Source: an uncultured delta proteobacterium (lineage in GTDB: Bacteria > Desulfobacterota > Binatia > Bin18). From it: a DNA stretch of 64,000 bases. Location of the stretch: positions 1-64,000 of the forward strand of contig CAVTCR010000058.1 in NCBI GenBank assembly GCA_963733195.1, read 5' to 3'. The position numbers and the translations under genes are program-made. Shown here in pieces: positions 9,790 to 18,494 of the stretch; position 1 is the stretch's first letter, and the number at the start of each line of letters is the position of its first letter. The notes beneath the pieces are model-generated. The model searched no databases and was not told where the DNA came from. It worked only from the letters and a program-made list of their open reading frames with translations.

Positions 9790-11046
9790 ATGGAGCAGCC
9801 GCAACCGAAATTCTTCTATGGCTGGGTGATTGTCTTTGCCGGACTGTTTCTCAGTTTGATTATGTTCGGTATCGTCGATGCCTTCGGCGTAATGTTTAAG
9901 CCGCTTTCGGAGCAATTTCAGTGGGGCCGGGATACGATATCTGTGGCCTCGATGATCAACTGGATCTGCTTTGGATTGGGCAATCTTGTCTGTGGAACGC
10001 TGAGCGACCGTTTTGGTTCGCGTCGATTGTTGATTGTTGGTGGCACTCTTTTCATCATCGGAACACTGATGATGAGTCAGATTCAGTCGCTCATCCATCT
10101 TTATTTCGCATTTGGCGTGGTTATGGCGATCGGGCGTTCTGCGGCAGCGGTTCCACTTACCGCACTCATCACGAAGTGGTTTACCCGCAATCAAGGACTA
10201 GCCCTGGCCATTGCCCAGTCGCAGAATGTTGGTCCTGCCCTCTTTGCTCCGTTGTCGGTATATCTGCTTTCTCAGGTCGGGTGGCGCGGTGCGTATTTCT
10301 GGCTCGGCCTCGGTACGTTACTGATCATTCCGCTTGCGTTATTGATGCGGGATCATCAGGAGGGAGCTGTTGGAACGATACAAGGAGGGGGGCATGGACA
10401 ACCAATAGCCACAATGCCGCAAGTGCATCTCACATTGAGTGAAGCGATGCGTACGCGGTCGTTCTGGACGCTAAACCTTATGGTGTTGGGTTGTTGTGTG
10501 TGCCACTCCTGTATTCTCTTGCACGGATTTAACCACATGACGGATGTTGGTCTGCAGGCGACTACTGCTTCACAGATTGCTGCGGTGATGGCGATCTCCG
10601 GTATGATTGGAAAGATCATATGCGGCATGTTGGCGGATCGAATCGGCGGTAAATGGACAATGGCGATATTCCTAACGCTACAGGCCGTGATGATTCCGAT
10701 GTTTATTAACGCCCACGCTGTGCCGACCTTTTTTACTTGGGCAGTATTGTTTGGCCTTGGCTACGGCGGCCCTATGCCGGTCTATGCCATGCTGTTCCGT
10801 GAGTATTTTGGCACGCGTTCGATTGGCGCAATCCTCGGCGTGTTCTTTATGATTGCTGCGGTTGGCATGGGCTCTGGTGGACTCATGGGTGGTGTGATGT
10901 ACGACCACTTGGGGAGTTACGCAATGCCGTTCCTTACCAGTACTGGCACTGGACTCATCTCTGCATTCCTTGCACTGACTTTGCCCGCAGTGAAAAGGCC
11001 AGAGCAGGAAGTGGCAACGCCGCAAGTCGCGCTACAAGCGAGTTAA
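9790..11046 (+). CDS. MFS transporter (OFA/MCT-like)
   Basis: FFYGWVIV start, GTLSDRFGSRR and GMLADRIGGK motif A, about 12 hydrophobic segments; SD GGAGG. Confidence 0.92.
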   Translation: MEQPQPKFFYGWVIVFAGLFLSLIMFGIVDAFGVMFKPLSEQFQWGRDTISVASMINWICFGLGNLVCGTLSDRFGSRRLLIVGGTLFIIGTLMMSQIQSLIHLYFAFGVVMAIGRSAAAVPLTALITKWFTRNQGLALAIAQSQNVGPALFAPLSVYLLSQVGWRGAYFWLGLGTLLIIPLALLMRDHQEGAVGTIQGGGHGQPIATMPQVHLTLSEAMRTRSFWTLNLMVLGCCVCHSCILLHGFNHMTDVGLQATTASQIAAVMAISGMIGKIICGMLADRIGGKWTMAIFLTLQAVMIPMFINAHAVPTFFTWAVLFGLGYGGPMPVYAMLFREYFGTRSIGAILGVFFMIAAVGMGSGGLMGGVMYDHLGSYAMPFLTSTGTGLISAFLALTLPAVKRPEQEVATPQVALQAS

Positions 11047-11063
11047 AGAGGGGGCTCGACTGT

Positions 11064-11175
11064 GGTGCCCGACGATAAATCGCCGGGCTTACCAAACCAA
11101 GCCTGGTGAACCGGGCTCTTAGGGGACTTCAGTGCTCTTTAGTAAGCTGAGCCCGGAGTTTCGGTTCCGAGGCGA
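11064..11175. repeat. REP-like palindromes
   Basis: gcccgacgat-aa-atcgccgggc and agcctgg..ccgggct hairpins. Confidence 0.5.
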
Positions 11176-11180
11176 TGGTT

Positions 11181-11339
11181 ATGATGTCCTTCCCTCGCCC
11201 TCTTTTTTACGGTTGGATCGTCACTTCCTGTGCTTTCTCCGTTCTTTTTCTGACCTATGGTGTACAATATTCGTTCGGTGTTTTTCTTCCGGCGATGCTC
11301 AACGAACTCGGTTGGCAGCGGGCTGAGATCGGACGATGA
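11181..11339 (+). pseudogene. N-terminal fragment (52 aa) of a second MFS transporter
   Basis: Manual translation MMSFPRPLFYGWIVTSCAFSVLFLTYGVQYSFGVFLPAMLNELGWQRAEIGR*, equivalent to TM1 of the upstream MFS family. Confidence 0.75.
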
Positions 11340-11408
11340 CTCTACAAACCCGTTGTAAGAATTGCTATGCCTACAGATCAAGGAAACAAAGAAGAAAGAG
11401 GAGAGATC

Positions 11409-12392
11409 ATGCGCTACATCATATACGGTGCCGGTGGGGTCGGAGGCGCTATCGGCGCACGATTATTTCAGCATGGCCATGAGACGGTCTTTATTTGCCG
11501 TGGTGAACATCATGCAGTTCTTCAGCGGCAAGGGCTGACGTTCAAAACCCCAAACAAAACCGTGCAACTACGAGTACGTACCGTAGGACATCCCGCCGAG
11601 CTCAAATTCACCAGGAACGACGTTGTTATTCTCACTATGAAATCGCACGATACCGAAGGAGCACTGCGTGACTTGGAGCGAGTCGGGGGGAGCGATGCTG
11701 CGATTGTGTGTGCCCAGAATGGTGTCGATAACGAGCGGATGGCGGCACGCCACTTTGCCCGAGTGTACGGTATGATTATTGTTCTTCCGGCGACGTATCT
11801 CGAACCTGGTGTTGTTCTAAATCACTCAACGCCCATTGAAGGTGTTCTCGATGCCGGATGCTACCCAACTGGGGTTGATGAGACTATTACCCAAGTGACG
11901 AAAGATCTCACTGCGTGTGGGTTTAGTGCTAAGCCTGACCCGGCGATTATGCGCTGGAAATATGCCAAGCTCCTGACCAATCTCCAGAACGCACTCCAAG
12001 CAGCCTGTGGGCTTGAGATGCAGGAAAAGAACTTCGCTCGTGCGGTCCGTGATGAAGCCGTCGCTTGTCTCAAAGCGGCAAGGATCGATGCCACGCCACA
12101 GGAAGAATTTCGTCGTCGTATGGCCGAAGTTACGATCAAAGACATTCCTGGACATCCACGGACTGGCGGCTCCACCTGGCAAAGCCTCATGCGTGGTTTG
12201 CCTTCGACAGAAGCAGACTATTTGAATGGAGAGATCGTATTGCTCGGCAGACTGCACGGCATCCCGACACCGTATAATCGAGTCCTCCAACGCATTGCCG
12301 GTGAGATGGCTCGTGCTGGGAAGCGACCGGGAAGTGTAACCGTTGAAGATTTACAAAACATGTTGACCGAAGAGCAAACACGTAGCAAGTAA
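11409..12392 (+). CDS. Ketopantoate reductase (ApbA/PanE) family protein
   Basis: IIYGAGGVGG, ILTMKS, CAQNGVDNE, WKYAKLLTN and EADYLNGEIV. Confidence 0.88.
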   Translation: MRYIIYGAGGVGGAIGARLFQHGHETVFICRGEHHAVLQRQGLTFKTPNKTVQLRVRTVGHPAELKFTRNDVVILTMKSHDTEGALRDLERVGGSDAAIVCAQNGVDNERMAARHFARVYGMIIVLPATYLEPGVVLNHSTPIEGVLDAGCYPTGVDETITQVTKDLTACGFSAKPDPAIMRWKYAKLLTNLQNALQAACGLEMQEKNFARAVRDEAVACLKAARIDATPQEEFRRRMAEVTIKDIPGHPRTGGSTWQSLMRGLPSTEADYLNGEIVLLGRLHGIPTPYNRVLQRIAGEMARAGKRPGSVTVEDLQNMLTEEQTRSK

Positions 12393-12434
12393 GTGGAAGA
12401 GGTGAACAAACAGAGTAAAGCAAGGAATGAGGCA

Positions 12435-14087
12435 ATGAGTTACGTTGTTTTTATCCTTTATCTCGGAGCACTTCTGACGGCGTTACCAGCGTTAGCCGAA
12501 CATCAGCATAGTATTCACTCGTCTACTGGTGCCTCGACGACTCCACTGTTCAAAGGCCTCAGCACTTGGACTCATAAGGTAACAACAAGTTCTCCCGAAG
12601 CCCAGCAGTACTTCGATCAAGGGCTGCGCTTCATTTACGGGTTCAATCATGACGAAGCGACACGCTCGTTCAAAGAAGCGGCTCGGCTCGATCCCAACTG
12701 TGCAATGGCTTATTGGGGTATCGCATTCACATTAGGACCAAACTACAACTTACCGACCGATCCTGAGCGCGCCAAAGCTGCATATGAGGCCACGCAGAAG
12801 GCAGTCGCACTTGCGCCGCAAGTAAGTGAGAAAGAGCGAGCCTACATCGAGGCCATCGCGAAACGTTATGTGGCCGATCCGAGTGCAGACCGGAAGGCCT
12901 TAGATCTCGCTTTTGCCGATGCGATGCGTGAGGTGGCGAAGCGTTACCCAGACGATCTTGATGCCGCAACGTTGTTCGCTGAGTCAATGATGAATTTACG
13001 CCCCTGGGATTTGTGGACAGCTGACGGTGAGCCACAGCCAGGGACGGAAGAAATCGTTTCAACGCTAGAGTCTGTTCTGAAACGGAATCCCAACCATCCT
13101 GGTGCGATTCATTACTACATTCATACAGTCGAAGCTTCTCAAAAACCTGAGCGAGCGATTCCTTATGCCGACCGACTCGCCAAAGTGGCACCAGGTGCAG
13201 GGCATCTCGTACATATGCCCTCACATATCTACATGCGCGTAGGGCGCTATAAGGACGCGAATGTAAGCAACGCACGTGCAGCGAAAGTGGATGAAGACTA
13301 CCTCGAAACCCACAACGTCCAGGGTGTCTATCGCATCATGTATTACCCGCATAACGTGCACTTTCAGTGGGCTGCAGCAAGTATGGAAGGTCGTAGCAAA
13401 GAGGCTTTGAAGGCGGCACGGAAGCTGGTGGCCCAAACGCCAGTCGAGTTTGTCAAACAGATGCCAATGGTCGAGTTTGTTCCTCCAACGTTACTATTTG
13501 GCCTTGCACGCTTTGGGAAGTGGCAAGAAATTCTTCAGCAGCCAGCGCCACCGGAAGAATTACAGTACACCCTTGCAATCTGGCATTACGTGCGTGGATT
13601 GGCCTTTGCTGCGACAGGGCAGATTGATGATGCTGTGAGGAAACATGCCAAAGTTACAGAGATGGCTGCGGCGATGCCAGCCGACCGCCTGGTGGGGCAG
13701 AACTCCGCGGCGGCGTTGCTGAACGTTGCTGCGAAAACTTTACAAGGAGAAATTGCGGCCCGTCGTAACCAAACAGAGAATGCGATTGGTTTCCTTGAAG
13801 AGGCGGTCCGCTTGCAAGACGCGTTGAAATATGAGGAACCCCCACCGTGGTATTTTCCTGTGCGTCAATCCCTGGGGGCAGTGTTGCTTGCGGCAGGCCG
13901 GGCCGCTGACGCTGAGCAGGTGTACCGCAAAGACCTCCAACAGAATCCCCACAATGGCTGGTCACTGTACGGACTCACTCAGAGCTTACGGGCGCAGAAG
14001 AAAACACGAGATGCTGCGGCAGCGGAAAAACGTTTTCGCAAAGCGTGGGCCCGAGCAGATGTGAAGTTAACGGCGTCACGGTTTTAG
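12435..14087 (+). CDS. Secreted TPR-repeat protein
   Basis: Signal peptide, then AQQYFDQGL..YGFNHDEA, HPGAIHYYIH, AGHLVHMPSHIY and TPR repeats. Confidence 0.85.
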   Translation: MSYVVFILYLGALLTALPALAEHQHSIHSSTGASTTPLFKGLSTWTHKVTTSSPEAQQYFDQGLRFIYGFNHDEATRSFKEAARLDPNCAMAYWGIAFTLGPNYNLPTDPERAKAAYEATQKAVALAPQVSEKERAYIEAIAKRYVADPSADRKALDLAFADAMREVAKRYPDDLDAATLFAESMMNLRPWDLWTADGEPQPGTEEIVSTLESVLKRNPNHPGAIHYYIHTVEASQKPERAIPYADRLAKVAPGAGHLVHMPSHIYMRVGRYKDANVSNARAAKVDEDYLETHNVQGVYRIMYYPHNVHFQWAAASMEGRSKEALKAARKLVAQTPVEFVKQMPMVEFVPPTLLFGLARFGKWQEILQQPAPPEELQYTLAIWHYVRGLAFAATGQIDDAVRKHAKVTEMAAAMPADRLVGQNSAAALLNVAAKTLQGEIAARRNQTENAIGFLEEAVRLQDALKYEEPPPWYFPVRQSLGAVLLAAGRAADAEQVYRKDLQQNPHNGWSLYGLTQSLRAQKKTRDAAAAEKRFRKAWARADVKLTASRF

Positions 14088-14183
14088 CGAAACGATGAAC
14101 GGTGAATGATGAACAATAAACGGAAGGGATGCGAAAGACAGAAAGCCGAATGACAGACGAAGAGGGGAGCGAGAAAGTCAACT

Positions 14184-14516
14184 ATGGGAATGCTTGTGCA
14201 AGGTGTGTGGCATGATGTCTGGTATGACACAACAAAAACTGGTGGTGCGTTTGTTCGTATGGATTCCACCCGAGCCATCCAGCTCGGGTTAGAATATGAT
14301 CCTCAGCCGCCGTTCAATAGCGGTTCGACGAAAAGTGCGACACTAGAGACGGTGCTGATAGTACGAGAACGCGCGACGACGATCAGTGACGAACCATACA
14401 AAAAATCTTCAGAGCTGCTCACTGGCTCACCCTATTTTGATCCAGGAAAGAAGGAAGGGAGGTGTGAAATTTACCGTCCTTCCTTACTTCCTTATCCTGG
14501 TCCCAAATTCTACTAA
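14184..14516 (+). pseudogene. Chimeric remnant: YqjG/GS-hydroquinone reductase N-terminus fused to a DJ-1/InhA-like C-terminus
   Basis: MGMLVQGVWHDVWYDTTKTGGAFVR (YqjG-like start) is followed directly by AIQLGLEYDPQPPFNSGS (InhA/DJ-1-like end). Confidence 0.7.
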
Positions 14517-14808
14517 AATTTGAGACTTTCCTGTTCTGTAGGCGATATTCTATTCTGCTTACATCCTTTGTGTGAGTGAGAAGAATACAGACCAAAAGAG
14601 CACTCTTCCATGCTGAATGATGCTCCCTGATGCTTCAGCACGTTCAGTGTGAACAGGAATGCGGATAATGCTTCCGGAGAAAAGCTATGTTGAGGAGTAC
14701 TCGTCAGATGTATCAGGACGGGACGTGGCTATTCGCTGGAGCTTTCTCTTCCATTTTGGTAAGACCCACTTCTGCCGATGTAACTATAACTGAAATGCTT
14801 CTTCCTGA

Positions 14809-16338
14809 ATGAAAGGGCGTGGTGTTCTTATGCAACATCAGTCAACAGAGACTCACGGCGTTTCACTCACGACAAGATCGCGACGTGTAGAGACTACTGG
14901 CATGAACTCTGGAGAACTCAAACTGACGCCGCGTATCCTCGTTGTTGATGACGACGATTTAGCCCGCCGGCAGCTCGAGCGTCTGTATCGTTTTTATGAC
15001 TACGACATTGTTGGAGTTGATTCTGCAGAGGATGCACTCGCTCGACTGGAGAAGGATGATGACATTGACCTTGTGGTCACTGATCTGCGCCTACCAGGAC
15101 TCAGTGGTATAGATTTGACCGAGCGGATTGCGAAACGCTCACCTGATATCCCGATCATTGCGTTGACGGGATACGCTGATGTCGAGACCGCGGTGCAAGT
15201 GTTGAAACTCGGGGCAACGGATTACATCGTCAAACCGATTACCGCAGAGGCTATCCAAGAGTCAACGCGCTCTGTCTTGGAAAAGGCGTGGCCGTTTATC
15301 GAGCTTCGGCATCTGCGACGAACACTGAAAGACCGCTATGACTTTGGTGGGATGTTAAGTAAAACTCCAGAAATGCACCGGGTCTTCGAGATTATCCGTA
15401 TGGTGTCTGCCACGGATGTAACAGTGTTGGTGGAAGGAGAGACCGGGACCGGTAAGGAACTTGTTGCCACTGCAGTTCATCACCAAAGCATGAGGCAAAA
15501 AGGACCGTTTATTACTATTAACTGTGCTGGTGTGCCGGAAACGCTGCTCGAAAGTGAACTGTTTGGTCACGAGCGCGGCGCGTTCACAGGCGCTGAGCAT
15601 TCTCGCCCTGGGAAAATTGAGCTTGCTAATGGTGGGACCCTTTTTCTCGATGAAATTGAGAGTATGTCGCTGGCGATGCAAGCCAAGCTGCTCCTGGTTC
15701 TGCAAGATCGCAAAGTGCAACGCTTAGGCGGAGGTCACCGAAAGCCAATAGATATGCGAGTTATTGCAGCGAGTAACGTTCCGCTCGAAGAACTGGTTGC
15801 GCAAGGGCAGATGCGTAGTGACTTTTATTACCGTATTAAAGTTATACCTATCCGCCTGTTGCCGTTACGACATCGCCGTGATGATGTCCCGCTGCTCGTC
15901 CAAGATTTTCTTCGTCACCATCCTGTGGCGCTTCAGAAACGGATCAGTAAAATCTCTCCCCGCGCCATGCACCAACTGTTTCACTACTCGTGGCCAGGCA
16001 ATGTGCGAGAACTGCAAAACGTCCTTGAGCGCGCAATTGTCCTGACGAGTGGAAACATGATTGAAGAGGTGAATCTGCCCGGGGTAGAAACTGCTACGCC
16101 TGCAGATAGTACCTCGACTCCAATCGACCGGCCGCTTCGAGAATGGCTCAACGAACAAGAAAAATACTATCTGACCCGACAATTAGAATTATGCAAGGGG
16201 AAAATTAGCCTCACTGCGGCGCAGTGTGGGGTGGACACTAAGACCCTGTATCGCAAGATGCGCTTGTACGGACTCGACAAGCGCACCTTTCACCACAATG
16301 GAGAGGAAATCACGACTCCGGAGGAGCAAAAATCGTAA
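14809..16338 (+). CDS. Sigma54-dependent response regulator (NtrC family); start uncertain
   Basis: REC domain (ILVVDDD, VTDLRLP), [27 protein letters not shown] and a Fis-type HTH. Confidence 0.93.
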   Translation: MKGRGVLMQHQSTETHGVSLTTRSRRVETTGMNSGELKLTPRILVVDDDDLARRQLERLYRFYDYDIVGVDSAEDALARLEKDDDIDLVVTDLRLPGLSGIDLTERIAKRSPDIPIIALTGYADVETAVQVLKLGATDYIVKPITAEAIQESTRSVLEKAWPFIELRHLRRTLKDRYDFGGMLSKTPEMHRVFEIIRMVSATDVTVLVEGETGTGKELVATAVHHQSMRQKGPFITINCAGVPETLLESELFGHERGAFTGAEHSRPGKIELANGGTLFLDEIESMSLAMQAKLLLVLQDRKVQRLGGGHRKPIDMRVIAASNVPLEELVAQGQMRSDFYYRIKVIPIRLLPLRHRRDDVPLLVQDFLRHHPVALQKRISKISPRAMHQLFHYSWPGNVRELQNVLERAIVLTSGNMIEEVNLPGVETATPADSTSTPIDRPLREWLNEQEKYYLTRQLELCKGKISLTAAQCGVDTKTLYRKMRLYGLDKRTFHHNGEEITTPEEQKS

Positions 16339-16656
16339 ACCCGAAGAGTGAATCACTGCCAGTGCATAGGCTGTGCGTGCGCCTGCAGGAATCATCAGTA
16401 AATCTCCTGCTTTAAGTTCTTGTTCTTTGCCCGATACCCGGGCTGTGGCTTTTCCATCGATTACGTAGATAAGCTGATCTCCCTTATGGGTGTTCTCACC
16501 ATCGCCGGTGTGGCCTGCCGGGAGAGTGAAGACGCCCGTTTGGCTCTGGGGAGTCTTCTGCAACATCTCGAACATCTTACCTCGCAGCTGTAAAACGTTA
16601 ACGATGTCGAGTCCGCCTGCTTTCCCATTCATTGAGGGAGCGTCAAGCTCTTTCAT
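16310..16656 (-). CDS. Cupin domain protein (frameshift near 16375)
   Basis: ENTHKGDQLIYVIDG...LKAGDLLMIPAG; the shifted frame ends ...FTIFAPPES*. Confidence 0.75.
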
Positions 16657-16765
16657 CTGCGCTCGAACAGATCGTCGGAAATGAATCCTTTACGATACGC
16701 TTTCAACACCTGTTGAATCTCGAATTCCTTGGTTGCCATACACCCTCATTTTCTTCAAGAACTAG

Positions 16766-16791
16766 GAGGGCAACCGCAAAAGGTTGCCCTT
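16766..16791. terminator. Stem-loop downstream of the OmpA gene
   Basis: agggcaacc-gcaaaa-ggttgccct. Confidence 0.45.
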
Positions 16792-16803
16792 ATGGGGATC
16801 TAC

Positions 16804-17523
16804 TTAATTCTCGATAATGACTTCGACCCGGCGATTCTTAGATCGGCCGGATGGGTTATCCGTGCCGTCTGAATTCTTGTTTGGTGCAACCGGATAACGT
16901 TTTCCGTAACCCTTCGTGACGATGCGTTCTTTATTTACGCCTTCGCTTTCAATCGCGGCTGCAACACTATCGGCTCGGCGTTCTGACAGTACTTGATTCG
17001 CAGCGTCACTGCCGATGGAGTCAGTATGTCCCTCGATTGAGACGCGTCGCCCCTTGGCTTGATTTGTGAGGACGCCAGCGATGTCGCCAGTTTTCTCACG
17101 TGCCCCGCTAGTCAGGTTCGCCTTGCCAAACTCAAACAAGACATCTGGCAAATTAACGATAACTCCACGCTCTGTTTCCCGCGCTTCAAGATTTTGTTTT
17201 TTCAGCTCATCAAGGAGCTCTCGGTTTTTAGCCAGTTCCTGTCTCTGTTGAGCAATGATTTGGTCATTTTCATTAGCAACTTGCTCTCGTTTCTGTAGTT
17301 GGTTGCCGACGAGAGCGCCGCCTGCCGCGCCCACCGCTCCGCCGATCGCGGCTCCAGCACCAGGATTGCCGACCGCAGCCCCGATGATCGCACCAGTAGC
17401 GGCGCCAAGACCCGTGCCAACCAGGGTGCCTTTCTCCCGTGTCGAGAGCGGCTGCGAACAGCCTGCCAAGAACACGACAATTGCGACAATTGTAGCCTTC
17501 CGGACAAAATCATACCTCTTCAT
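16804..17523 (-). CDS. Glycine-zipper plus OmpA-C (peptidoglycan-binding) lipoprotein, YiaD-like
   Basis: Lipobox LAGC, GAATGAIIGAAVG zipper, coiled coil, IEGHTDSIG...NQVLSERRA and NRRVEVII. Confidence 0.92.
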   Translation of the reverse strand: MKRYDFVRKATIVAIVVFLAGCSQPLSTREKGTLVGTGLGAATGAIIGAAVGNPGAGAAIGGAVGAAGGALVGNQLQKREQVANENDQIIAQQRQELAKNRELLDELKKQNLEARETERGVIVNLPDVLFEFGKANLTSGAREKTGDIAGVLTNQAKGRRVSIEGHTDSIGSDAANQVLSERRADSVAAAIESEGVNKERIVTKGYGKRYPVAPNKNSDGTDNPSGRSKNRRVEVIIEN

Positions 17524-17535
17524 GATCCACCCCTC

Positions 17536-17898
17536 TTAGTATTCATCATCAACGGATCTTCTCTGTTGCCGCTTTAATTGCTCCAATTCTTGGCGTTGTC
17601 GCTGGATCTCTTGCTGCTGTTCTTCCATTTGCCGTTGCTGTTCTGTCTGTCGGACTTCTTGGCCTTGCATTTGATTACCGACAACGGCACCGCCAACTCC
17701 GCCGAGCGCACCCCCGATGGCTGCGCCGGCACCTGGATTACCTACGGCTGCGCCAATAATCGCCCCGGTTGCAGCGCCTAGTCCGACGCCACCCAGCGTA
17801 CTTTTCTCGCGTGTGCTTAACGGCTGTGAGCAACCACTTAGCACTACTCCCAGCATAACCATACCCACTACAACGGTCATTGTTTGTCTTGCCCGCAT
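17536..17898 (-). CDS. Glycine-zipper lipoprotein with Gln/Arg-rich coiled-coil tail
   Basis: Lipobox LSGC; the zipper is nearly identical to that of the adjacent OmpA protein; SD AGGAGG. Confidence 0.88.
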   Translation of the reverse strand: MRARQTMTVVVGMVMLGVVLSGCSQPLSTREKSTLGGVGLGAATGAIIGAAVGNPGAGAAIGGALGGVGGAVVGNQMQGQEVRQTEQQRQMEEQQQEIQRQRQELEQLKRQQRRSVDDEY

Positions 17899-17974
17899 AA
17901 CAACCTCCTATTCTACAAAGTCTCTCAAAGTAGAAGTTATGTTACCTGACGTACCCCACCGACTCAACAATAGC

Positions 17975-18481
17975 TCATGAGGTCGTTGCCTGTTCGTGCG
18001 GTGTCGCGGGGGATTGCTTCCACGAAGCCCATAATAATCCAATAACACCAATTGTGATGCAGCTATCCGCGACGTTGAAGGCTGGCCATGCCCACTCTCC
18101 CCAGTAGAAGAGTAGGAAGTCGATCACCTCCCCGTAGAGGAGACGGTCAATCAAATTACCAATTGCCCCACCCAGGATACTGGCGGCAGCGACGACAAGC
18201 AGGAGTCCTTCATCTTTGGCATAGACAATAAAGAACAAGAGTGCAGTCACAGCGACGCCAGTCGCGACAAGAAAAAATGGCTGGCGAAACCATTCTGGGG
18301 CTTGGGCGAGAAAACTAAACGCAGCCCCAGGATTGCGCATGTGCGTAAGATCAAAAAAAGACGTAATCACCGGAATGCGCTGGCCGATCTCTAGACTCTG
18401 AGCGACCAAGAGCTTCGTGATCTGATCAAGGAAGAGGATAACTCCCACAATACCGGCAACGAGAAGCATTCTGTTGTTCAC
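17975..18481 (-). CDS. lspA: Lipoprotein signal peptidase II
   Basis: DQITK, NPGAAFS, GGAIGNLIDR, VIDF and FNVADSCI; directly downstream of ileS. Confidence 0.95.
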   Translation of the reverse strand: MNNRMLLVAGIVGVILFLDQITKLLVAQSLEIGQRIPVITSFFDLTHMRNPGAAFSFLAQAPEWFRQPFFLVATGVAVTALLFFIVYAKDEGLLLVVAAASILGGAIGNLIDRLLYGEVIDFLLFYWGEWAWPAFNVADSCITIGVIGLLWASWKQSPATPHEQATTS

Positions 18482-18494
18482 GTGTATCTCTCGA

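Noticed and set aside
14520-14808. Structured ncRNA in the long intergenic region
   Set aside because: Only short weak hairpins and no family consensus recognised; cannot be supported without a covariance search.
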